Shown here: piece by piece, positions 10,239-17,279 of the stretch
Layout of the letters: each line of letters begins with the position of its first letter
Position numbering within the stretch: the first letter of the stretch is position 1
Assembly (NCBI GenBank): GCA_041497675.1
Contig: JBGQGY010000047.1
Span: 1 to 23,758 of the forward strand
Source: a bacterium
GTDB taxonomy: Bacteria; Sysuimicrobiota; Sysuimicrobiia; Sysuimicrobiales; Humicultoraceae
Length of the DNA: 23,758 bases
Direction of reading: 5' to 3'
The notes under the pieces: model-generated
Database searches by the model: none
Told to the model about the DNA's origin: nothing
What the model saw: the letters and a program-made list of their open reading frames with translations, nothing else
Position numbers and translations under genes: made by a program

Positions 10239-11383
10239 GTGTCGGCGCTATCGTGGTGGCGGCCGGCGACGGGACCAGGCTGCCGGGCCCGGTTCCCAAG
10301 CCGCTGCTTCCGCTCGGCCGCAAGACCGTGCTCGAGCGGGCGCTGGCCGCCTTCCAGGCCTGCGATCGTATCGACGGGGTCGTGGTGGTCGCGGGCGCCG
10401 CGTACACGGATGCGGTGACCCAGTTGGCGCCGCCCAAGGTCACGGCGGTGGTGGCGGGTGGCCGGACGCGGCGCGCATCGGTCGCCGCCGGGCTCAGCGC
10501 GCTGCCGGATGCGCAGTGGGTCGTCGTGCATGACGGCGTCCGCCCTTTCGTCACGCCGGCGCTGATCGAACGGGTGCTTGCCGCCGCCGTGACGCATGGC
10601 GCCGCCACCGCGGGGTTGCCTGTCTCCGACACCGTGAAGGAAGTGCAGGACGACCGGGTGTCCCGCACGATCCCCCGCGACGGTCTCTACCTGGTGCAAA
10701 CGCCGCAGGCGTTTCGCGCAGACCTGCTGCGTGAGGCCCACGACCGCGTGCCTCTCGAGGCCGCGATCACCGATGACGCGGGACTCGTCGAGCATCTCGG
10801 GCGCTCTGTGGTGGTGGTGCCGGGTGACGGGGCGAACGTCAAGGTCACGACGCCGTCTGACTATGAGATGGCGCGCCGGCAGTTCGAACGGCTCCCCGGT
10901 CTCGCCGCGCGCGTCGGGGTCGGCTACGACGTGCACCGTTTGGCCCCGGACCGGCCGCTGGTGCTCGGCGGCGTGCAGATCCCGTCGCCGCGAGGGCTGG
11001 CGGGGCACTCAGACGCGGACGTGCTCGTGCACGCGATCATGGACGCGTTGCTGGGTGCCGCGGGGCTGGCCGATATCGGCCGGCACTTCCCACCCGATGA
11101 CCCGACGTATCGCGGTGCAGACAGCATCGGGTTGCTCGAGTCGGTGGCCGCGCGCCTGCGCGCGTCGGGGTGGGCGATCGCGAACGTCGATGCCGTGGTC
11201 ACCGCCGAGGCGCCGCGGCTTGCGCCCCACGTCGACGCCATGCGCGAGCGGATCGCCGCGGCCTTGGGGGCGATGCCCGGTCAGGTGGGGATCAAAGCCA
11301 CGACCGCTGAAGGTCTGGGCGCAATCGGACGGGGCGATGGGATCGCAGCACACGCGATCGCGCTCCTCGAACGGATGGAATAG
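10235..11383 (+). CDS. ispDF: Bifunctional IspD/IspF (MEP cytidylyltransferase / MEcPP synthase)
   Basis: IspD motifs [23 protein letters not shown] and NVKVTT; IspF motifs GYDVH, GHSDADV and DIGRHFP, all in one ORF. Confidence 0.93.
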   Translation: MSVGAIVVAAGDGTRLPGPVPKPLLPLGRKTVLERALAAFQACDRIDGVVVVAGAAYTDAVTQLAPPKVTAVVAGGRTRRASVAAGLSALPDAQWVVVHDGVRPFVTPALIERVLAAAVTHGAATAGLPVSDTVKEVQDDRVSRTIPRDGLYLVQTPQAFRADLLREAHDRVPLEAAITDDAGLVEHLGRSVVVVPGDGANVKVTTPSDYEMARRQFERLPGLAARVGVGYDVHRLAPDRPLVLGGVQIPSPRGLAGHSDADVLVHAIMDALLGAAGLADIGRHFPPDDPTYRGADSIGLLESVAARLRASGWAIANVDAVVTAEAPRLAPHVDAMRERIAAALGAMPGQVGIKATTAEGLGAIGRGDGIAAHAIALLERME

Positions 11384-11386
11384 CGC

Positions 11387-11743
11387 ATGCGGCGGAAGAC
11401 ACGTGGACGGCGCGAACCCAGCAGAGTCCGGTCTCAGCCGCAGACCGACCTGCTGTTTCTGGAGCGAGCCGAACGATCGGATCAGATCGTGATGGAAGTC
11501 GACCGCCCGCAGGCCTTCCGACCGCGTCTCGTGGGGTTCTGGCTCGACCGGCAGTTCCACCTGATCACCCGGGTCGCCGCCACCCGGCGCGAGCACGATG
11601 CCGTCTATCACCGTGTCGTCACCGATCGTGGCGCCTTTGACCTGCGCGACGTCCGCGTGATGGATCCGGGGACGCTCCGGATTCGCCGGCGCTGGGAACT
11701 GTGCGCCGAGCTCGATGCTATGCTCATCTCGCGCCCCGGATGA
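11387..11743 (+). CDS. Hypothetical small beta-rich protein (weak resemblance to DUF6504-like proteins)
   Basis: Fills the ispDF-cysS gap almost exactly (3 nt after the ispDF stop, 10 nt before cysS) with GC-typical codons. Pattern FWLDRQFHLITRV...YHRVVTD..AFDL....WEL. Confidence 0.6.
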   Translation: MRRKTRGRREPSRVRSQPQTDLLFLERAERSDQIVMEVDRPQAFRPRLVGFWLDRQFHLITRVAATRREHDAVYHRVVTDRGAFDLRDVRVMDPGTLRIRRRWELCAELDAMLISRPG

Positions 11744-11753
11744 GGTGTCCCTG

Positions 11754-13277
11754 ATGGGTCTGGTGCTCTACAACTCGCTGACAAAGCGCAAAGACCCCTT
11801 TGAGACGCTTGCGCGCGGGGAGGTCCGCATGTACGTGTGCGGACCGAATTTGTATGGGCCGGCGCACGTGGGGCACGCCCTCTCGTACACGATCTTTGAC
11901 GTGATTCGACGGTATCTGGAATACAAGGGCTATCGCGTGCACCACGTCCAGAACTTTACCGATATCGAGGACCGGATCGTGGAGCGGGCGCGTCTGGAGC
12001 AGCGCACCATCTTCGAGATCTCGCAGGAGTACATCGACCGGTTCTTGCGCGAGATGGACGCCCTCCACATCGAACGGGCCCACCACTACCCGCGGGCGAC
12101 CGACGTGATCCCCAAGATGCAAGAAATCATCACGGCGCTCATTGCGAAAGGCCACGCCTACGTGGTCGATGGCGACGTGTATTTTCGCGTACTGTCATTT
12201 CCCCACTACGGTCAGTTGTCCGGCCGCACGCTCGACCAGATGCAGGCCGGCGCGCGCATCGAGGTCGACGAGCGCAAGGAACACCCGATGGACTTCGCCC
12301 TGTGGAAGTCCTCGAAGGCGGGCGAACCGGCGTGGGACAGCCCCTGGGGGCCCGGCCGCCCAGGATGGCACATCGAGTGCTCGGCGATGTCGATGCAGTT
12401 CCTCGGCGAGCAGCTTGACCTCCACGGCGGCGGCGACGACGTCCGGTTCCCGCACCACGAGAACGAGATCGCGCAATCGGAGGCCTACACGGGCAAGCGC
12501 CCGTTCGCCCGCTACTGGATCCATAACGCGCTGATGAAGCCTCCGGTGGGCGAGGAGATGCATCGCCACCTCGGCAACTTTGTGGCGATTCGCGAGGCCC
12601 TGACGCGGTACGACGCCGACATGATCCGGCTCTTCATCCTGTCGGCGCACTACCGCACGCCGCTGCGATGGACCGATGAGGCCGTCGATGGGGCGGCCAA
12701 GGGGTTTGAGCGACTGCGCACGGCGCTGGTGAACGCCGAGTCCGCGCTGGAGCGGATGCCCGCCGAACGCGACGGGCCGGTGGCGGACCGGGCGCGTGCC
12801 GCGCGGGCGGCCTTCGAACACGCGATGGACGACGACGTCAATACCCCCCAGGCCATTGCCGCACTGTTCGACCTGGCCGGCGACATCAACCGCGCAGCCG
12901 GTGCGGCGTTGCAGGGCGACCGCTTTGCGGCGGGTGGGCTCTCGGTGGCCACGGAGACCTTGAAGACGCTCGCCGGGGTGTTGGGATTTCGTATCGATCA
13001 GCCGCGGCTCGCATCTGACGCCGCCGAGGCCCTCGGGCGCCTGCTCGAAATGTCGCGGACAAGAGCCCCGGCGCTGTTTGCCGATGGCGCGGCGCCGGCC
13101 GATGCGGCCGCGATCGTGGCCGCACTGCTCGCGGGTCGGGACCAGGCGCGCCAGCAGCGGCGCTTCGACGTGGCCGACGAGATTCGCCGCGGGCTGACCG
13201 ACTTAGGCATTATCGTCGAAGACCTCCCGGGAGGCTCGCGGTGGAGAGTCGCGGTACGGCGAGACGCACCGGCGTAG
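11754..13277 (+). CDS. cysS: Cysteine--tRNA ligase with a non-canonical KMSKS loop
   Basis: MYVCGP, HVGH, DFALWK, GRPGWHIECSAM and FPHHENEIAQSE motifs plus C-terminal anticodon domain (ADEIR..L...GI.VED). ATG 11754 follows GAGGTG. Confidence 0.92.
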   Translation: MGLVLYNSLTKRKDPFETLARGEVRMYVCGPNLYGPAHVGHALSYTIFDVIRRYLEYKGYRVHHVQNFTDIEDRIVERARLEQRTIFEISQEYIDRFLREMDALHIERAHHYPRATDVIPKMQEIITALIAKGHAYVVDGDVYFRVLSFPHYGQLSGRTLDQMQAGARIEVDERKEHPMDFALWKSSKAGEPAWDSPWGPGRPGWHIECSAMSMQFLGEQLDLHGGGDDVRFPHHENEIAQSEAYTGKRPFARYWIHNALMKPPVGEEMHRHLGNFVAIREALTRYDADMIRLFILSAHYRTPLRWTDEAVDGAAKGFERLRTALVNAESALERMPAERDGPVADRARAARAAFEHAMDDDVNTPQAIAALFDLAGDINRAAGAALQGDRFAAGGLSVATETLKTLAGVLGFRIDQPRLASDAAEALGRLLEMSRTRAPALFADGAAPADAAAIVAALLAGRDQARQQRRFDVADEIRRGLTDLGIIVEDLPGGSRWRVAVRRDAPA

Positions 13278-14071
13278 GCGCCGGCGGCCAGGGCCGCTCC
13301 GCTGAGCGCGGCCGTGCCGAGCGTTGGGGCGAGGATCAGATCGAAGGCCGCCACCCGGTGCTGGAGGCATTACGCGCGGGCCGGCCCCTCCGCAAGCTGA
13401 TGGTGGCCAGGGGCACGAGGGGCGGGTCGCTCCACCTGATCATCGGTGAGGCCCGACGGCGCGGTGTACCGGTCCAGGAAGTCGATCCCAGTGTCATCAT
13501 CCGTCTCTCGCAGTCTCGAACCCCGCAGGGCGTCATCGCCTACGCCGCCACCCACCAGACCGTGGATCTCGCCGACCTGTTGGACTCTGCCCGCGCCCGG
13601 AGCGAAGCCCCGTTCCTGTTACTGCTCGACGGCGTCGAAGATCCGGGCAACCTGGGCGCGATCCTCCGATCGGCCGAGGCCGCCGGCGTGCATGGCGTGG
13701 TGATTCCCAGGCGTCGCGCCGCCGGTCTCAGCCCGGCGGTGGCGGCGGCGTCCGCGGGCGCGATCGAACACGTCCGCGTGGCCCAGGTCGCCAACATCGC
13801 GCAGGCGATCGAACGCCTGAAGCAGGAGGGAGTCTGGTGTATCGGCGCCGACGCCGGGGGCGCGCAGTCGATCTACGAGACGCCGCTTGTGCCGCCGGTG
13901 GCCGTCGCGGTCGGTGGTGAGGGCCGAGGGTTGTCCCGACTGGTCCGCGAGCGGTGCGATCTCGTGATGCGAATCCCGATGTACGGCACCACCTCCTCGC
14001 TCAACGTCTCGGTCGCGGCCGCGCTCGTCTTATTCGAGGTGCGGCGCCAGATGCGGGCAACCTTACCTTGA
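13241..14071 (+). CDS. rlmB: 23S rRNA (guanosine-2'-O)-methyltransferase RlmB/TrmH family
   Basis: IEGRHPVLEAL, DGVEDPGNLGAILRSA, GGEGRGL and SLNVSVA SPOUT motifs. Start uncertain (GTG 13241 overlaps the cysS end). Confidence 0.92.
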   Translation: MESRGTARRTGVGAGGQGRSAERGRAERWGEDQIEGRHPVLEALRAGRPLRKLMVARGTRGGSLHLIIGEARRRGVPVQEVDPSVIIRLSQSRTPQGVIAYAATHQTVDLADLLDSARARSEAPFLLLLDGVEDPGNLGAILRSAEAAGVHGVVIPRRRAAGLSPAVAAASAGAIEHVRVAQVANIAQAIERLKQEGVWCIGADAGGAQSIYETPLVPPVAVAVGGEGRGLSRLVRERCDLVMRIPMYGTTSSLNVSVAAALVLFEVRRQMRATLP

Positions 14072-14096
14072 CGCATTCGGATGCGGTCCATATAAT
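14068..14096 (+). promoter_or_regulatory. Sigma70/sigmaA promoter for sigH
   Basis: TTGACG (14068-14073, overlapping the rlmB stop), 17-bp spacer, TATAAT (14091-14096). Confidence 0.85.
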
Positions 14097-14186
14097 GAGA
14101 TTCAACCAATTGTGATGCGCACACGAGCCCGCACCACGCACAACGAGCGAGGCAAGTATTCCCTGACGAGCCGGAGGGGATAGCCT

Positions 14187-14825
14187 GTGGCGCTGGCGCG
14201 GCGAGAAGGCGTGGGCTACAGCGAGCTTGTCGATGAAGAACTAGTCGATCACGCGAAGGGCGGAGACGATCGCGCCGCCGAGTTCCTGATCACCAAGTAC
14301 CGCAACTTCGTCCGCGTCAAAGCCAAGGCGTACTTCCTCATCGGGGCGGACCGCGAAGACATCATCCAGGAAGGCATGATCGGGCTCTATAAGGCCATTC
14401 GTGACTTCCGCCGTGACAAGCTGTCGTCGTTCCGGGCCTTCGCCGAACTCTGCATCACCCGTCAGATCATCACGGCGATCAAGACGGCGACTCGACAGAA
14501 GCACATCCCGCTGAACTCGTACATCTCGCTCAACAAGCCGATCTATGACGAAGACTCCGACCGGACGCTGCTCGACGTGATCAGCAGCATGAAGGTCAGC
14601 GATCCCGAGGAACTGGTCATCAACCAAGAAGCCTCGGCGACGATGCGCGAGCGCATCCGCAAGAACCTGAGCGAGCTCGAGTGCAAGGTCCTGACGGCCT
14701 ACCTCGAGGGCAAGTCCTACCAGGAGATGGCGAACGAGCTCAACCGGCACGTGAAGTCGATCGACAACGCCCTGCAGCGGGTGAAGCGCAAACTCGAGCG
14801 GAACCTCGAAGGCGAAGACGCGTAA
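14187..14825 (+). CDS. sigH: RNA polymerase sigma factor SigH (Spo0H type)
   Basis: YFLIGADREDIIQEGMIGLYKAIRDF, FAELCITRQIITAIKTATRQKHIPLNSY and KSIDNALQRVKRKLE are hallmark Firmicutes SigH segments. GTG start follows GGAGGGG. Confidence 0.95.
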   Translation: MALARREGVGYSELVDEELVDHAKGGDDRAAEFLITKYRNFVRVKAKAYFLIGADREDIIQEGMIGLYKAIRDFRRDKLSSFRAFAELCITRQIITAIKTATRQKHIPLNSYISLNKPIYDEDSDRTLLDVISSMKVSDPEELVINQEASATMRERIRKNLSELECKVLTAYLEGKSYQEMANELNRHVKSIDNALQRVKRKLERNLEGEDA

Positions 14826-14854
14826 GTCACCTCGTACGGCCCGCCCACAGCCCG

Positions 14855-14995
14855 ATGATTCGGCTTGTGTGTCCGAACTGTAAGTTGATCTTTCTCCGGG
14901 TGGAAGTGGCCGACGACACCGGCGTGCCCTGTCCCCGGTGCCGCACGACCTTTCAACCTGACGAAGAAGAGTTGTACGATCCGGAGAACGACTGA
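14855..14995 (+). CDS. 46-aa putative zinc-ribbon protein
   Basis: MIRLVCPNCKLIFLRVEVADDTGVPCPRCRTTFQPDEEELYDPEND has two CxxC pairs and an acidic tail. No clear SD. Confidence 0.6.
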   Translation: MIRLVCPNCKLIFLRVEVADDTGVPCPRCRTTFQPDEEELYDPEND

Positions 14996-15004
14996 GGCGA
15001 AAGG

Positions 15005-15982
15005 CTACCCGCCGATCTGGATCATCACGCGTTCTTTGGGATAGAGCTTTTCGGCCAGGGCGTGACCAAAGGGGCGGCGGTACGCGGCGGCCTGGAACCG
15101 CGCTTTCATCTCATCACGCGTGGCCCCCGCGCGCAGCGGGGTGAGCAGGTCTTCCTCGTCATCCCGAAGCAGACAGAGACGCAGCCGGCCGTCGGCGGTC
15201 AGGCGGATACGGCCGCACTTTGCGCAGAACGGTTCGCTGACCGGGCTGATGAACCCGAGCTCGCCGGCGGCGCCGCGCAGGCGATAGGTTCGCGCGGGGC
15301 TCTCCCCGGAGAGATCAACCGGCGTCATCGGGCCCAGGGCCGCTTCGATCCGGGCCATGGTCTCTTCGGATTTGACGATCCCGGCGTCGGCGAAGTCAGC
15401 CACGGTGCCAAACGGCATCACCTCGATGAACCGAACCCCCCAGGGCCGGTCGATCGTGAGCGCCGCTAGCGAGACGACGTCGTCTTCGTTGAACCCGCGC
15501 ACGACGACCGCGTTGAGCTTCACCGGGCGCAGCCCCACCTCGTCGGCGGCGGCGATGCCGGCGATGACCCGATCGACGTGTCCGCCGCGGGTGATCCGCT
15601 TAAACTTTTCGGCATCGAGCGTATCGAGACTCACGTTCACGCGGGTCAACCCGGCTTCGGCCAGCGGGCGCGCAAGCATTTCGAGCAGGATGGCATTGGT
15701 CGTGAGGGCGATATCGTTGATCCCCGGAATCGCGGCGATGCGGCGCACCAGCTCGACGACCCCCGCCCGCACGGTGGGTTCGCCCCCGGTCAGCCGGATC
15801 TTCTCCACGCCGAGTTCCGCCGCGATCTCCACCAACTGCACCAGTTCATCGTCCTGCAGGAGCGCGGCGGGTGGGCGGAAGTCGATCCCGTCCTCGGGCA
15901 TGCAGTAGACACACCGGAGGTTACACCGGTCCGTCAGGGACACCCGGAGATCAGTGAGCGGCCGCCCGAATTGGTCGCGCAT
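15005..15982 (-). CDS. moaA: GTP 3',8-cyclase MoaA
   Basis: MRDQFGRPLTDLRVSLTDRCNLRCVYC radical-SAM motif, LTGGEP, C-terminal FCAKC..IRLTADG.LRLC and terminal GG. Start placed at ATG 15982. Confidence 0.95.
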   Translation of the reverse strand: MRDQFGRPLTDLRVSLTDRCNLRCVYCMPEDGIDFRPPAALLQDDELVQLVEIAAELGVEKIRLTGGEPTVRAGVVELVRRIAAIPGINDIALTTNAILLEMLARPLAEAGLTRVNVSLDTLDAEKFKRITRGGHVDRVIAGIAAADEVGLRPVKLNAVVVRGFNEDDVVSLAALTIDRPWGVRFIEVMPFGTVADFADAGIVKSEETMARIEAALGPMTPVDLSGESPARTYRLRGAAGELGFISPVSEPFCAKCGRIRLTADGRLRLCLLRDDEEDLLTPLRAGATRDEMKARFQAAAYRRPFGHALAEKLYPKERVMIQIGG

Positions 15983-15991
15983 GGTTGGGCC

Positions 15992-16003
15992 TATGGTACC
16001 ATA
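15992..16003. promoter_or_regulatory. Perfect palindrome TATGGTACCATA, a putative bidirectional extended -10
   Basis: Reads TGgTACCAT on both strands within the roughly 50-bp divergent gap between moaA and the DUF418 gene. Confidence 0.55.
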
Positions 16004-16031
16004 CCGGCAAACCCGGTAGGGAGTCGCCAAC

Positions 16032-17279
16032 ATTCCAACCTCCATTGGTCCCATCGAGCCCCGTGAGCGTCTCCTGGTCATCGATGTCCTGCGCGGCGTC
16101 GCCATTTTGGGCATCCTGCTCGTCAACATGGACAGCTACGCCTGGCCGATGGCGCTCCCCCGGCTGGGATGGGCCGAGTCGACCGAGTTGGCCGACCGGC
16201 TGGCCGGTCTGGTCATCCGCCTGCTGGCGGAGGGGAAGTTCTACCCGCTCTTTTCATTCCTCTTCGGGTTTGGACTGGCCATCCAGATGAAGCGCGCCGA
16301 GGCGAGGGGCGCGCCGTTTGCGCACTTGTACAGGCGACGGCTGGTGTTGCTGCTGGGCATCGGGCTTACACACGCGGTCCTGCTCTGGTATGGCGACATC
16401 CTGGTCACGTACGCGGTCCTCGGGTTTCTGCTGCTCGCGTTCCGGCACCGGCGGCCGAAGACGCTGCTGATCTGGGCGGCGGTGTGCTGGCTGCTCCCGG
16501 TGGTGATGGACGGCCTCGTGTTTACGGCGATGCGTGGGAGCATGCCCACGGTCGTCGGGAATCTGATCCAGCGGATCGCGATGGCCGGTTCCGCCGAGGA
16601 CGCGACCGCCGTCGCGCGCTCGATCCAAATCTACGGGCACGGGACGTTCGTGCAGATCCTGGGGCAGCGGCTGCGTGATCTCGCAGCACTCTACCTGATC
16701 GGTCTCTTCTCGATCCCGACGATCTTCGCCATGTTCTTGTTGGGGGTGTGGGCCGGCCGCCGCGGGATCTTCAGCGACCTGGCCGGGTCGCGACCGCTGT
16801 TCAAGAAGATCGCTCTGTGGGGGCTCGTGATCGGCGGCATCGGCAATCTGGGCTACGTCCTGGCGCGCGATCTATCGGGCGGGGGGGTGTGGGCGGATTT
16901 CATCGGTGAGGCGGCCCACGCGCTCACGGCCCCGGTGCTGATGTTTGGGTACGTGGCGACGATCGCGCTGTTGATGACCGTACCGTCTTGGCAGCGGCGG
17001 TTGACACCGCTGGCGGCCGTCGGGCGGATGGCGCTCACCAACTACCTGTTGCAGTCGCTGATCTGCACGACGATCGTCTACAGCTATGGGCTTAGTTTGT
17101 ATGGCCGGATCGGTCTCGCGCAGGGTGTGGGTCTCGCCGCGGTTATCTACGCGGCGCAGGTCGTCTGGAGCAACTGGTGGATGCACCGGTTTCCCTACGG
17201 TCCCGTCGAATGGCTGTGGCGGGCGATGACGTACGGGCGGCAACCGCTGAGACCGTCGGAGGTGCGGGTGGATGGGTAG
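16032..17279 (+). CDS. DUF418 (YeiB-like) integral membrane protein, probable ATT start
   Basis: ERLLVIDVLRGVAILGILLVN, GKFYPLFSFLFG, GDILVTYA, GRMALTNYLLQS and GPVEWLWR motifs. Homology begins upstream of the first canonical start (TTG 16107). Confidence 0.85.
   Translation: MPTSIGPIEPRERLLVIDVLRGVAILGILLVNMDSYAWPMALPRLGWAESTELADRLAGLVIRLLAEGKFYPLFSFLFGFGLAIQMKRAEARGAPFAHLYRRRLVLLLGIGLTHAVLLWYGDILVTYAVLGFLLLAFRHRRPKTLLIWAAVCWLLPVVMDGLVFTAMRGSMPTVVGNLIQRIAMAGSAEDATAVARSIQIYGHGTFVQILGQRLRDLAALYLIGLFSIPTIFAMFLLGVWAGRRGIFSDLAGSRPLFKKIALWGLVIGGIGNLGYVLARDLSGGGVWADFIGEAAHALTAPVLMFGYVATIALLMTVPSWQRRLTPLAAVGRMALTNYLLQSLICTTIVYSYGLSLYGRIGLAQGVGLAAVIYAAQVVWSNWWMHRFPYGPVEWLWRAMTYGRQPLRPSEVRVDG

Noticed and set aside
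11384..11753. T-box leader upstream of cysS
   Set aside because: No T-box consensus or terminator is visible, and the interval is filled by an ORF.
14110..14126. CRP-like site TGTGA in the sigH leader
   Set aside because: The second half-site does not match TCACA at 6-bp spacing.
15983..16129. Moco riboswitch or N-terminal extension of moaA up to 16129
   Set aside because: Only about 50 bp separate the divergent genes, and the extension overlaps the conserved DUF418 N-terminus on the other strand.
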